DNA of 64,000 nucleotides, taken from contig CAWJSK010000019.1 of the NCBI GenBank assembly GCA_963845535.1, positions 288,001-352,000 of the forward strand. The letters run 5' to 3'. The position numbers and the translations under genes are program-made. The stretch comes from an uncultured Spirochaetota bacterium. GTDB lineage: Bacteria > Spirochaetota > Spirochaetia > SZUA-6 > Fen-1364. Every line of letters starts with the position of its first letter. Position 1 is the first letter of the stretch. Below, piece by piece: positions 18,719 through 28,960 of this stretch. The notes below the pieces were generated by a model, which saw only the letters and a program-made list of their open reading frames with translations, was not told where the DNA came from and did no database searches.

Positions 18719-20060
18719 ACCGGTGCATCTTCTCATAGAGAGTCTTCCTGCTGATACCGAGGGCTGAAGCGGTCTTTGTAACGTTCCCGCTGTTCTTCTG
18801 CAAAACGCTTCGGATGATCCTCTTTTCCATTTCGCCGCTGTGGCGCGCCATCATGGAGCGAAGATCACCATCAATCTGCATCTCATCCTCCGGGGGAGCG
18901 CCGTCACCCAGCTCCAACCCGGCAATTTCTTCCCCGTCGCTCAGGATCACCGCGTTGGTGATCACGTTCCTGAGCTGCCGTATGTTCCCCGGCCAGTGGT
19001 ACGCCATGAGACGCCTCATGACGGAGTCAGGGATGCTGCGAACGGACCTGCCGTAGGTGACGTTCGCCTCTTCGACGAAGAGCTGCACAAGGGAGGGGAT
19101 GTCGCGGGGGCGCTCCCGCAGGGGCGGAAGCTTCAGCGTGACGGTGCTCAGGCGGTAGTACAGGTCCTCCCGGAAAGCCCCTTCGGCGCGCAGCGTCGTC
19201 AGGTCCTTGTTCGTGGCCGCAATGAGGCGGCAGTACACGGACACCGGCTTGGTTCCGCCCACGCGTTCGAGCGTCTTTTCCTGGAGCACGCGCAGGAGCT
19301 TGGCCTGCATGGTCAGGCTCATGTCGCCCACCTCGTCCAGGAACAGCGTGCCGTTGCCCGCAAGCTCGAAGCGGCCGATCTTGCGCGCCACGGCGCCCGA
19401 GAAAGCGCCCTTCTCATGGCCGAACATCTCGCTTTCCAGGAGGTTCTCGTTCAGGGACGCGCAGTTCAGCCCTACGAACGGCCTGTCCCGATAGGTTCCG
19501 GCATAGTGGATGCTTTTCGCGACCACCTCCTTGCCGGTGCCCGTTTCTCCCAGGAGCAGCAAGGGGACGTCCGAATCCCGGACCTTCAGGATCACTTTCT
19601 CGATCTCCTTCATCTGGGGAGACGAGCTTGGGGCGAGCTGCGTGCGCACGCTCGTGCGCAGGGACTCGCGGAAGGCCAACGTGGACTGCCTGTCGCTGAG
19701 AGCCGAGCGCTCCTTGTCCAGGACGGACAGAAGCAGGGCATTGTCGATGGGCTTGGAGATGTAGTTGGTTGCCCCCGCCTGCATGCACTGCACGGCGCTT
19801 GCCACGTCCCCGTGGCCCGTAATGATGATGATGGGGACGGCGGGTTCTTCCGCCTTCAGGCTCCTGAGGAGCGGAAGCCCGTCCTCTCCGCCGAGCTTGA
19901 GGTCAAGGAGCACGAGGTGGACCTCCGCGCTTGCCATGATCCTGCGCGCCTCCGCGGAGGTGGAAGCCTCCAGGGCGCGGTATCCCTGGAGCGCGAGAAT
20001 CTTGGAGAGGCCGCTGCGCAGTCCCGGTTCGTCATCCACGATGAGGATGTTCATGTACAT
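18708..20060 (-). CDS. Sigma54-dependent response regulator (NtrC/AtoC family)
   Basis: Receiver domain, GETGTGKE, ESEMFGHEKGAFSGA, LFLDEVG, WPGNIRQL and Fis HTH. Confidence 0.94.
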   Translation of the reverse strand: MYMNILIVDDEPGLRSGLSKILALQGYRALEASTSAEARRIMASAEVHLVLLDLKLGGEDGLPLLRSLKAEEPAVPIIIITGHGDVASAVQCMQAGATNYISKPIDNALLLSVLDKERSALSDRQSTLAFRESLRTSVRTQLAPSSSPQMKEIEKVILKVRDSDVPLLLLGETGTGKEVVAKSIHYAGTYRDRPFVGLNCASLNENLLESEMFGHEKGAFSGAVARKIGRFELAGNGTLFLDEVGDMSLTMQAKLLRVLQEKTLERVGGTKPVSVYCRLIAATNKDLTTLRAEGAFREDLYYRLSTVTLKLPPLRERPRDIPSLVQLFVEEANVTYGRSVRSIPDSVMRRLMAYHWPGNIRQLRNVITNAVILSDGEEIAGLELGDGAPPEDEMQIDGDLRSMMARHSGEMEKRIIRSVLQKNSGNVTKTASALGISRKTLYEKMHRYGF

Positions 20061-22140
20061 TGAGAGTCACCTCCACCTCCGTGCCCGTCCCGGGGCGGCT
20101 TTCCACGCGGATGTCCCCGCCGCAGCGCTTGACGATGGCATAGCAGATCGAGAGGCCCAGGCCGTTTCCCTGGCTCGCGTTCTTCGTCGTGAAGAAGGGA
20201 TCGAAGATGCTCCTCATGTGCGCCTCGTCGATCCCCACCCCGTTGTCGGCAACGGACAGCACCGCCTTTCCTTCGGGGCAGCGGCGCGTGCGGATGCGGA
20301 TGGTCCCGCCGTCGGCGCAGGCCTCGCAGGCGTTCAGCATGATGTTGAGCACGACCTGCTTCAGCTCGTCCGGCGGGCAGACTACCGCGCCAAGCTCCTC
20401 CGCAAGATCCGAGGAGAGCTGGAGGCTGCGTTTTTCCAGCGTGAAACGGAGGAGGTCCACGGTCTGGCCGGCAATGAGGTTCAGGTCCGCCACGTGGTCA
20501 CCCTCGGTTGCCGGCGTCGAATAGGCTCGGATGCGCTTGATGATCGCGGCGATCCGGTTTGTCTCGCTTTCGATCCAGAAAAGAGAGTCGAGCTTCTCCC
20601 GCCCTTTCTCCACCGCCTTCAGGTAGTTGACGTGGGAGAGGATGGACCCCAGGGGGTTGTTGATCTCATGAGCCATCCCGGCCGACAGGATCCCCAGGGA
20701 CGTGACCTTGTCCGCTATCGTCGCCCCGGCCCAGAACCGCTCCGACGCGGTGACGTCCTCCAGCACGATGAGTGACCCTTTGCGGTTCCCCGAGAGCCCG
20801 AGGGGGGTAAGCTTCGCCGTGAAGTGCAGCGGATCATCCCCGTTTCGCCGCAGGGAGAGCCCCTCGATGATGGCCTCCTGCTCGAAGGAGAACGCCGGGG
20901 CCGCGGGGGCTCCGTCACGAAGCGTGAAAAGCCCTGATACTTTCTCCCGAAAGCCCTGCCCGCGGAGACTGTGTCTCTCCTCCCCGGTCAGCTCCGCAAA
21001 ATAGCTGTTGCAAAACTCGATGGTCCCCTGCGCGTCAGCGACGACAATGGCCGCCCGGATGCCGTTCATGATCCGTTCGTTGTACGCGTTGAGCTGCCGT
21101 ATCTGGTCCAGTTGGTCGCTGACGGTGTGCTTTTCCGCAATCAGCGTGCTCACCATTGCGTGGAAAGCGCCGGCAAGGAAACCGGTCTCATCCCGGGACC
21201 GGATGTCAAGCTTCCCGACCTCGCCGGTGTCCATGTATCGATGAAGCCACTGGGAGAGGCGGCTGAAAGGGGACACGGCGAGGCTCGTGACGCCGGCGGC
21301 AAGGAACAGGGAGGCTGCCAGCGTGATCAGGATGGCCGTGAGGTAGGAGAACAGGAAGCCCTTGATGTAAAGCTGCTCCGGCAGCGCGGAGCGCAGAGAC
21401 ACGAGGTACAGCTTGTCCCGCAGGTCCGCCGAAAGCGGGCTCGAATAGACGCTGTAGGGCTGGTCTCCAAAGCGCACCGTGGGGCCTCGAAGCGGTCCGT
21501 AGGACCGGAAGGACTGGAACTCGTCCGAAAAGACGACCGGGACGCTCCCGACATACAGCGCCACGTACGTGCCTGTCTTTTCCAGGATCTCCGCGATAAG
21601 GTCCCTGTCCACGTTCGTGACGAGGTACAGGTGCCAGGGGAGGGCGCCACTCCCTCGCAGAATTGCCGTCCCGGTGACGAGGTAGAGCCGCATGGTGCCC
21701 CCGGCATCCGCGGAGGTGACGAAGAGATTGCGGGGGAAGCGGAAGTCCCGTGGATTGAGCATGACCGTGGGCAGGCCGTCGTCCGCGGAGAGCCCCGAGC
21801 GTTCATCCGCCACCACTGACCCGTGGCCGTCCACCAGCACGATCCTGTCCACGCTGGAGAGGCTGATGAAGTGATGGAGCAGGCCGCGAAGGTAGTCCCC
21901 TGACGCGCCGGCGGTCTCACCCTCCTGGAGCAGAAACGTCAGCTGATAGAGGTCGCTGTAGAGGCTGTGCTTCATCTCCTCGATGTAAGCCCGTGCCCTG
22001 TCCCAGTCCCTGTGCAGGGCCGTCTCCATGGCCCTGCGCGTCGTGTGGAGGAAAGAGCTGAGGGTCAGGGTCCCCGTGACTGCAATCTGCAGCAGGAGCG
22101 TCCCGAGAATGCCTGCAAGGAGCTTGGTCCTCAAACGCAT
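20032..22140 (-). CDS. Sensor histidine kinase (periplasmic sensor, HAMP, PAS, HisKA, HATPase)
   Basis: Two TM helices, DETGFLAGAF HAMP, AHEINNPLG, QVVLNIMLNA, DNGVGI, FDPFFTTK and GLGL. Confidence 0.93.
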   Translation of the reverse strand: MRLRTKLLAGILGTLLLQIAVTGTLTLSSFLHTTRRAMETALHRDWDRARAYIEEMKHSLYSDLYQLTFLLQEGETAGASGDYLRGLLHHFISLSSVDRIVLVDGHGSVVADERSGLSADDGLPTVMLNPRDFRFPRNLFVTSADAGGTMRLYLVTGTAILRGSGALPWHLYLVTNVDRDLIAEILEKTGTYVALYVGSVPVVFSDEFQSFRSYGPLRGPTVRFGDQPYSVYSSPLSADLRDKLYLVSLRSALPEQLYIKGFLFSYLTAILITLAASLFLAAGVTSLAVSPFSRLSQWLHRYMDTGEVGKLDIRSRDETGFLAGAFHAMVSTLIAEKHTVSDQLDQIRQLNAYNERIMNGIRAAIVVADAQGTIEFCNSYFAELTGEERHSLRGQGFREKVSGLFTLRDGAPAAPAFSFEQEAIIEGLSLRRNGDDPLHFTAKLTPLGLSGNRKGSLIVLEDVTASERFWAGATIADKVTSLGILSAGMAHEINNPLGSILSHVNYLKAVEKGREKLDSLFWIESETNRIAAIIKRIRAYSTPATEGDHVADLNLIAGQTVDLLRFTLEKRSLQLSSDLAEELGAVVCPPDELKQVVLNIMLNACEACADGGTIRIRTRRCPEGKAVLSVADNGVGIDEAHMRSIFDPFFTTKNASQGNGLGLSICYAIVKRCGGDIRVESRPGTGTEVEVTLNVHEHPHRG

Positions 22141-22209
22141 GAGAGTCGGGCGATCACGAGCGCCGGCGCCGCCACCGGCTCTTGAGCCAGAAATCCCGCG
22201 GCGGGCACG

Positions 22210-23394
22210 TTACCGCCGCGTCCGCCGTGTCGTCACGTCGAAGATGACGGCCCCGGCCAGGACAGCGCCTCGGACGATGTACTGGGTGGAAATGTCGGTC
22301 TGCATGAGGTTCATTCCGCTCGTCAGGGAGATGTACACCAGGGCGCCAATGAGGCTTCCCGTGATCTTGCCAACGCCGCCCGCGGCGGACACGCCGCCGA
22401 TGTAGGCGGCGGCGATTGAATCCAGCTCGAAGAGCGTGCCCGCCGTGGTGGTTGCGGATTGGAGCCGGGAGGCGAAGAGGATGCCCGAAAGGCCGGACAG
22501 CATGCCCATGGAGGCGAACACCAGGTAGGTGATGCGCTTCACGTTGATGCCGGAGAGCTCCGCCGCCTCGGGGTTTCCGCCCACCGCGTAGATGTGCCGT
22601 CCCAGGACGGTCTGGTTGGCGACGAAGTCATAGACCCACACCACCACGAGCACAATGACGAGCGTCCAGGAAAGGCCGTTATAGCCGGCAAGCACCCAGG
22701 TGATAAGCCCCAGGACCACGGACAGGAAGACGAGCTTGAGCGCGAACATGTCGGCGGGCATGACCTCGAAGTTGTACGCCAGCTTGGCCTTGCGGCTCCT
22801 GATCTGGCTTATGATGAACCAGACGATGGCCACGGCGCCCAGGATGAGCGTCACCTTGTGCGCGCCGGGAAGGAAGCTGACCCCGGGGAAAAGGTCGGGG
22901 ATATACCCGTTTCCGATGGCGGTGAAAATCTTGTCCGGGATGATGATGGTGCCGGTGTTGAGCGTGACGAGCAGCAGCGCGCCGCGGTAGATGAGCCAGC
23001 CCGCCAGGGAAGCCACGAACGACGGGATGCCGAGCTGGGCCACGGGGAACGCGGTGAGGAGCCCGGCGGCAACCCCGAGCACAAGCACGAGCAGGATGGC
23101 GAAGAACACCGGCACGTGCCAGAACACCAGCGCGATTGCGGCGATGGCCCCGAGGAACCCTGAGAGGAAGCCGACAGACAGGTCGATGTGGCGGATCACG
23201 ATGACGAGCGTCATCCCCACGGCGAGCACGGCTATGTAGCCGGTCTGGTTCATGAGGTTGGAGATGTTGCGCGACGAGATGAAGAGGCCGTGCGTGGTAA
23301 CGGTGAAAAAGGCCATGATGATGAACAGCGCGATGTACATGCCGTAATCGCGGATGTTCTGGCGGGCGGCTTTCTGCAGGTCATTGACAGTCAC
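22210..23394 (-). CDS. Multiple-sugar ABC permease (GguB/XylH-like)
   Basis: IDLSVG, GIPSFVASLAG, GRHIYAVGGNPEAAELSGI and ELDSIAAAYIGG. Confidence 0.92.
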   Translation of the reverse strand: MTVNDLQKAARQNIRDYGMYIALFIIMAFFTVTTHGLFISSRNISNLMNQTGYIAVLAVGMTLVIVIRHIDLSVGFLSGFLGAIAAIALVFWHVPVFFAILLVLVLGVAAGLLTAFPVAQLGIPSFVASLAGWLIYRGALLLVTLNTGTIIIPDKIFTAIGNGYIPDLFPGVSFLPGAHKVTLILGAVAIVWFIISQIRSRKAKLAYNFEVMPADMFALKLVFLSVVLGLITWVLAGYNGLSWTLVIVLVVVWVYDFVANQTVLGRHIYAVGGNPEAAELSGINVKRITYLVFASMGMLSGLSGILFASRLQSATTTAGTLFELDSIAAAYIGGVSAAGGVGKITGSLIGALVYISLTSGMNLMQTDISTQYIVRGAVLAGAVIFDVTTRRTRR

Positions 23395-23412
23395 GATGCT
23401 CCTCCTCAGGCC

Positions 23413-24933
23413 CTAGCTTGTTGCCAGCTGCATGATCTTTTCTTGCGTCGCTTCCGAGGCCGGCACCTCACCCGTGATCCTGCCGGTGGAAACGACATAA
23501 ATGCGGTCACTCATGCCCAGGACCTCGGGCAGCTCGGAGGATATCATGATGATGCTCATCCCCTCGCTCACGAGCCTGTTCATGATGGTGTAGATCTCAT
23601 ATTTCGCGCCGACGTCGATGCCCCGCGTGGGCTCATCCAGGATGAGCACCTCGGGCTTGACGAACAGCCATTTTGCCACGGACACCTTCTGCTGGTTCCC
23701 GCCGCTCAGGTTGTTGACCGTCTGCTCCATGCTCGGCGTCTTGATGCTGAGCGCGTTGATGTATTCCTCCGCAACCTTGACCTCGCGGTTGGTGTTGACC
23801 ACTCCCCGCACCGCGATCTCCCTCAGGTTGGCGAGCGTGATGTTCTGCTTCACGTCCTGGATCAGGATGAGCCCGTTCTTCTTCCTGTCTTCCGTGGTGT
23901 AGGCCACCGAGTGCATGATGGCGTCGTGCGGCCTCTTGAAATGGCGCACCTCGCCCTTGATTCGAAGCTCGCCTGAAATTTCGTAGCCGTCGGGGTTCCC
24001 GAAGATGCTCTTGGCAAGCTCCGTGCGGCCTGATCCCATCAAGCCGGCCATTCCGACGATCTCTCCCTTCTTGACGTTGAAGGAGACGTCCTTGAGCACC
24101 GCCCGCCCGAGGTTGGGGTCATACGCGTTCCAGTTCCTGACCTCCAGGACAACCTGGTCCGAGCGGCGATGCTCGCGCCGGGGATAGATGTTGTCGATTT
24201 CCCGCCCGACCATGTGCTTGATGAGCACCCCTTCGGAAACCTCGCCCTTGGCCGCGTTCAACGTGCAGATGGTCTGGCCGTCACGGAGCACGGTGACCGT
24301 GTCCGCGATCCTGATGACCTCTTTCAGCTTATGGGAGATGAGGACGCAGGTGACCCCGTGCTGCTTGAGGCCGCGCAGCAGGTCAAGCAGGTTGTCGCAG
24401 TCATCCTCATTCAGGGCCGCGGTTGGCTCATCCAGGATGAGCAGCTTCACGTCCCGGGAAAGGGCCTTGGCAATCTCCACGAGCTGCTGCTTGCCGATGC
24501 CGAGGTCCTTCACCTTCGTGGAAGGGTTCACGGACAACCGCACCCGCCCGAGCATCTCCACGGCCTTTTTCACCGTTTCATTCCAGTCCACGGTGAGGCC
24601 GTTCGATATCTCGTGGCCGAGGAAGATGTTCTCATAGATCGTCATGTCGGGGACCAGGGCCAGCTCCTGATAGATGATGGCGATCCCCGCCCTTTCACTG
24701 TCCGCGATGGCATGGAACTGCTGGACCTTGTTGCCGAAGACGATCTCACCGGTGTAGTCCCCGTAGCGATGCACGCCGCTCAGGACCTTCATGAGCGTGG
24801 ATTTTCCCGCCCCGTTTTCACCCACGAGACAGTGGATCTCCCGCTCTGAGACCTGGAAGCTGACGTTGTTCAACGCCGTGACTCCCGGGAAGGTTTTCGT
24901 GATGTTCTTCATCTCCAACAAGGGGGTACTCAT
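23413..24933 (-). CDS. Multiple-sugar ABC ATP-binding protein, two ABC domains (GguA/XylG-like)
   Basis: GENGAGKSTL, LILDEPT, TEDRK, LSGGNQQK and DEPTRGIDVGAK. Confidence 0.93.
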   Translation of the reverse strand: MSTPLLEMKNITKTFPGVTALNNVSFQVSEREIHCLVGENGAGKSTLMKVLSGVHRYGDYTGEIVFGNKVQQFHAIADSERAGIAIIYQELALVPDMTIYENIFLGHEISNGLTVDWNETVKKAVEMLGRVRLSVNPSTKVKDLGIGKQQLVEIAKALSRDVKLLILDEPTAALNEDDCDNLLDLLRGLKQHGVTCVLISHKLKEVIRIADTVTVLRDGQTICTLNAAKGEVSEGVLIKHMVGREIDNIYPRREHRRSDQVVLEVRNWNAYDPNLGRAVLKDVSFNVKKGEIVGMAGLMGSGRTELAKSIFGNPDGYEISGELRIKGEVRHFKRPHDAIMHSVAYTTEDRKKNGLILIQDVKQNITLANLREIAVRGVVNTNREVKVAEEYINALSIKTPSMEQTVNNLSGGNQQKVSVAKWLFVKPEVLILDEPTRGIDVGAKYEIYTIMNRLVSEGMSIIMISSELPEVLGMSDRIYVVSTGRITGEVPASEATQEKIMQLATS

Positions 24934-24979
24934 GGCGGCTCCGGTAAAGCGTCGGAAAAAAGGATTATCCGATAGTACA

Positions 24980-25011
24980 GGAACGGCGGCGGAGTTGTCC
25001 ACCGCCGTTCC
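24980..25011 (-). terminator. Intercistronic stem-loop after the binding-protein gene (mRNA stabiliser or partial terminator)
   Basis: GGAACGGCGG-N12-CCGCCGTTCC inverted repeat. Confidence 0.6.
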
Positions 25012-25048
25012 TTCCGAAATCAGGAAATGATTCTTCGAACCGTGTGGC

Positions 25049-26158
25049 TTAGAGCCCCGTGAAGGCGCTGGCCGGCCAGTAGCCGGAGTCGATGATGGTC
25101 TGCTTCACGTTGTCCTTGGTCACAGTGACGATGGCCGACGGCTTCGCGGGGACGTCGATCTTTCCGTTGTTGTAGGTCGTCGTCTGCGGAGGAGTCGTGC
25201 CCTTGAGGTAGGCTACCGCGGCGTTGATGGCGTCATCAACGAGGACGCGCACGTCCTTCAGGACGGTCATGGACTGCTTGCCATCGATGATGTACTGGAT
25301 GGAAGCCTTCTCGGCGTCCTGTCCCGTGATGTAGTACTTCGTGACGGCCTTGTCAGCGGCGAACGCGTCAGCAATGGCGCGGGCGGTGCCGTCATTCGGC
25401 GCGCAGATGTATACGGTGCCCTTGGCATCCGGGGTCGCGGCCGTCAGGTCAGCTTCCGCCTTGTTCTTCGCGGTGTTGAAATCCCAGTTCGTGGTGACCT
25501 GGCCAATGATCTTCGCCTCTTCCTCACGGGAGAGCATTGCCTTGTTCATGAGCCCCACGGCTTCGCTGGAGTTGCGGATGACGAACGTCCCGTCAGCGAT
25601 CTTGGGCTGCAGAACGCTCCAGGCGCCCTGGAAGAACAGGAACGCGTTGTTGTCCGAGGCAGCGCCAGCATACAGGTACAGGTTGTTTCCCGTGCCGGTG
25701 GCCTTTCCGACGAGGTAGGTTCCCCACGCCGCTCCCACTGCCACGCTGTCGAAGGTCACGTAGTAGTCAACGGAGGCGGTGTCACGGATCAACCTGTCGT
25801 ACGAGATGACCTTTATGCCAGCCTGATGCGCTTCATCCGCGGCGGCTGCCGCGGCAGAGGCGTCCTGGGGGCAGATCACGATGACCTTCACGCCGCTTGA
25901 GATCAGGGATTCGACGTTGGCCTTTTCCTTCGCCGAGTCGCCCTGGCTGAAGAGGATCTGCACGTTGTAGCCGAGCTTCTTGAATGCATCCTGGAACCTT
26001 GTCTGGTCCTGGATCCACCTCGGCTCATCCTTCGTGGGAAGGACAACGCCTACGGCAAGTTTGCCGCCAGCCGCGCCTTCTTTTGCGCCGCCGGCGAACA
26101 CTGCCACTGGCAGAGCCAGCGCCAGGAGAGCCAAAACTAGAACGATTCTTCTCATCAT
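25049..26158 (-). CDS. Sugar ABC substrate-binding protein (ChvE/XylF-like)
   Basis: LPTKDEPRW, ISYDRLI, DYYVTFD, DNNA, APNDG and TGQDAE; RBS AAGGAGG. Confidence 0.92.
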   Translation of the reverse strand: MMRRIVLVLALLALALPVAVFAGGAKEGAAGGKLAVGVVLPTKDEPRWIQDQTRFQDAFKKLGYNVQILFSQGDSAKEKANVESLISSGVKVIVICPQDASAAAAAADEAHQAGIKVISYDRLIRDTASVDYYVTFDSVAVGAAWGTYLVGKATGTGNNLYLYAGAASDNNAFLFFQGAWSVLQPKIADGTFVIRNSSEAVGLMNKAMLSREEEAKIIGQVTTNWDFNTAKNKAEADLTAATPDAKGTVYICAPNDGTARAIADAFAADKAVTKYYITGQDAEKASIQYIIDGKQSMTVLKDVRVLVDDAINAAVAYLKGTTPPQTTTYNNGKIDVPAKPSAIVTVTKDNVKQTIIDSGYWPASAFTGL

Positions 26159-26188
26159 TTTTGAGAGCCTCCTTGAAGGCTTCATACA

Positions 26189-26205
26189 AGCAAAGCGCGT
26201 GCCAG
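26189..26205 (-). promoter_or_regulatory. Sigma54 (-24/-12) promoter of the sugar ABC operon
   Basis: Minus strand reads CTGGCACGCGCTTTGCT, matching TGGCACG-N4-TTGCW exactly. Confidence 0.88.
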
Positions 26206-26303
26206 GAGGGTGATGCGGGTGAATATGTTAATTCCTGACTCAACTTGAAGTTAGAGATAGGGCTAAAGCGTCTCTGGTGACGTTTTTTACTCCCATAAGA
26301 AAG

Positions 26304-26396
26304 TGTTTCCTGGAGGAAACATCCGGTGACTCCTGGTGCAGGAATCTGCAAGAATGCGTTTACTTTTGGAAACACTTGTGTTTCCTAAACGAAACA
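26304..26396. promoter_or_regulatory. Three 18-bp palindromic enhancer-like (UAS) sites
   Basis: TGTTTCC-TGGA-GGAAACA (26304), CGTTTAC-TTTT-GGAAACA (26357) and TGTTTCC-TAAA-CGAAACA (26379). Confidence 0.75.
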
Positions 26397-26423
26397 CAAT
26401 GATTCAGCAACGCACCGTCGGCC

Positions 26424-27716
26424 TCATTCTCTCACGTAGGGCTGGCCGTCGGCGGCGGGGGGGATGACGCGTCCCACGAGGCCGGCCACGGCGAGAATCG
26501 TCGCCAGGTAGGGGAACATCGAGAGGAAAGGCGAGGGGATAGGCACGTTCAGGACCGACAGGGTGAACTGCAGGGCATCCGAGAATCCGAACAGGAGCGC
26601 CGCTCCCAGGGCGCCGAGCGGCCGCCACCTGCCGAAGATCATGGCGGCGAGCGCAATGTAGCCGAGGCCCGACGTCATGTTCGGCGCGAACTGCCCGGTG
26701 GAGCCGATGGTGAACGAGGCCCCGCCAATGCCCGCCACAATACCGCCGAGGATCACGTTGCCGTATCGGATCCGATTGACGTTGATGCCCACGGTGTCCG
26801 CCGCGCGCGGGTGCTCGCCCACGGCGCGTACGCGCAGGCCCCACCGCGTACTGAATAGGGCGAGCTGGACGACGACCAGGATGATGATCGTCAGGTAGAC
26901 GAATATGTTCTGGTTGAACAGGATGGGTCCGATCACCGGGATCTGGTCAAGCAGCGGGATGGAGATGGGGCCGAACACCGCCGGGCTGTTCAACGCGGCC
27001 TGGTGAGGCACCAGCAGGCTCTGCAAGAAAAAGCTCGTCAGTCCCAGCGCAAAGGCGTCCAACACCACTCCCACGATGATCTGGTCCGCTCCATACGTGA
27101 TAGTGAACACGCCGAGCATAAGGCCGATCAGGCCGCCCGCTGCGGCCCCCGCGACCAGACCCGCCCACAGGTTGTGCGTGGCGCTCGCGATGAGGGCTCC
27201 GAAGAACGCCGCGATCAGGAATTGGCCCTCGATGGCGATGTTGATCACCCCGGAGCGCTCGCAAAGCAGGCCGGAGAGCGCCCCAAGGGTGAGCGGCACG
27301 GTCTGGATGAGCATCGTCAGCAGGAGCCCTTCGACGTCGACCGTCGCGTTGCGGCCGGACCACGCCAGGAACGCCACGCCGGTCAGGGCGAGTCCGGTCC
27401 CCAGGAGGAGGTAGGTGCGCTTGTTGGACCGCCAGAACATCTGGAGGAATCCCAGGAGAGCGCACGCGATTCCGATGGCGACGAGCACGGCGAGCACGGG
27501 AAGCGAAAGGACCGGCAGGGGGCTGGCCGGCGGGGCGTTGAACTGGAACATCGTCCGCTGGTCAGGCGACGTGCCGAGAGCGAAGAGGAGCAGGACGATG
27601 GCTGCGAGCACGAACAGGGCGATTGCGAAACCTCTCCGCCGGATGGCGGCGAGGTCCTTTCGGAGCTTCCGCTCCGGTGCGGGTCCCGGTAACCCTGCGG
27701 CGCGTTCGCTGCTCAT
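26424..27716 (-). CDS. Nucleoside/simple-sugar ABC permease (NupC/NupQ-like)
   Basis: ERSGVINIAIEG, GLRVRAVGEHP.AADTVGINV and GYIALAAMIFGRW. Confidence 0.88.
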   Translation of the reverse strand: MSSERAAGLPGPAPERKLRKDLAAIRRRGFAIALFVLAAIVLLLFALGTSPDQRTMFQFNAPPASPLPVLSLPVLAVLVAIGIACALLGFLQMFWRSNKRTYLLLGTGLALTGVAFLAWSGRNATVDVEGLLLTMLIQTVPLTLGALSGLLCERSGVINIAIEGQFLIAAFFGALIASATHNLWAGLVAGAAAGGLIGLMLGVFTITYGADQIIVGVVLDAFALGLTSFFLQSLLVPHQAALNSPAVFGPISIPLLDQIPVIGPILFNQNIFVYLTIIILVVVQLALFSTRWGLRVRAVGEHPRAADTVGINVNRIRYGNVILGGIVAGIGGASFTIGSTGQFAPNMTSGLGYIALAAMIFGRWRPLGALGAALLFGFSDALQFTLSVLNVPIPSPFLSMFPYLATILAVAGLVGRVIPPAADGQPYVRE

Positions 27717-28960
27717 CCCGCCCACCCTCCGAACACTTTCCGTGCCCCGCGCGAAACCCGGATGCGATAGATGGTCCGGATGACTCCCGGCGCGGCCACG
27801 AACAGCACGAGGACGGCCTGCAGCACCTGGACGAGCTGGAGAGGGATGCCAGTGTTCACCTGCATGGTCCTGCCTCCCGCGGTGAATGCGCCGAAGAGAA
27901 GCGCGGACAGCGCGACCCCGAGAGGCGATCCGCGGCCCAGGATGGCGATCGTGATCCCGTCAAAGCCCGTGGTCCCGCCGTAGAGGGGCGCCATGCGGAA
28001 ATCCACGCCCAGGATCATGAACGCGCCGGCAAGCCCAACGAGCATCCCGGCGAGCGTCATGGCAAGCACGTAGTGGCGTTCGATTGCCACTCCCGACACG
28101 CGCGCCGCGTCCCGGTTCAGGCCCAGCATCCTGAAGCGGAAGCCGAGGGTGCTGCGCTGCAGGAGCCACGCGACGCCGAGCACGAGGCCCACCGCGAGCA
28201 GCACTCCCGCGTTCACGCGCAGGGCCGGGCCGGCGATGTGCGGGAGCCGTGCTGCTTCCACCACCGTTTTCGAGATGGCCTGGACGCGCGGAGGCGCCTG
28301 GTAGATCTCCGTCTGCAGGAGATAGGTGAGGAGGTTGAGGCCGACGTAATTCAACATCATTGAAGTGATGACCTCGTGGGCCCCGGTGCGCGCCTTGAGA
28401 AAGCCGGGGATGAACCCCCAGGCCGCCCCGAACGCGGCGCCGGCGATGATGGCCAGCGGCAGATGGACGGCCGCCGGAAGGGCCGGGAACGAGAATCCGG
28501 CGAGGACGGCCCCCGCGGCGCCCAGGATGACCTGTCCCTGGCCCCCGATGTCGAAAAGACCGGCCCGGAACGCCAGCGCGATCCCCAGGCCCGAGAGGAC
28601 GAGCGGGGTGGTGGAGACAAGGGTCTCCGAGAGGGGCTGGAACGCTCGCACGAAATCCGCGGTCTTCCCGGTCCTGAACGCCCGGGCGATCACGCTCGGG
28701 TTGCCGATGGAGCCGGAGAACAGCGAGCCGTACGCGTTGGCAATGGCATTCCCGGTCCGGACCACGGCTTCTCCCGGCGCGCTGAAGACATTCCGCCACG
28801 CTTGGGCCGCCTCCGGAGTCGCCAGCACGATGATGATGGCCCCGACGATCAAGGCGCTGACGAAGGCGAGCACCGTGATGACGAACGTGTTGCCCGTGAG
28901 CAAAAGCTCATACACCCGCCGCCGGAGCGGCGGGCGGGACAACCGGTCCGGGCCGCTCAC
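27713..28960 (-). CDS. Nucleoside/simple-sugar ABC permease (NupB/NupP-like)
   Basis: FRAGLFDIGGQGQ, GAHEVITSMMLNY and GFDGITIAILGR. Confidence 0.88.
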   Translation of the reverse strand: MSGPDRLSRPPLRRRVYELLLTGNTFVITVLAFVSALIVGAIIIVLATPEAAQAWRNVFSAPGEAVVRTGNAIANAYGSLFSGSIGNPSVIARAFRTGKTADFVRAFQPLSETLVSTTPLVLSGLGIALAFRAGLFDIGGQGQVILGAAGAVLAGFSFPALPAAVHLPLAIIAGAAFGAAWGFIPGFLKARTGAHEVITSMMLNYVGLNLLTYLLQTEIYQAPPRVQAISKTVVEAARLPHIAGPALRVNAGVLLAVGLVLGVAWLLQRSTLGFRFRMLGLNRDAARVSGVAIERHYVLAMTLAGMLVGLAGAFMILGVDFRMAPLYGGTTGFDGITIAILGRGSPLGVALSALLFGAFTAGGRTMQVNTGIPLQLVQVLQAVLVLFVAAPGVIRTIYRIRVSRGARKVFGGWAG

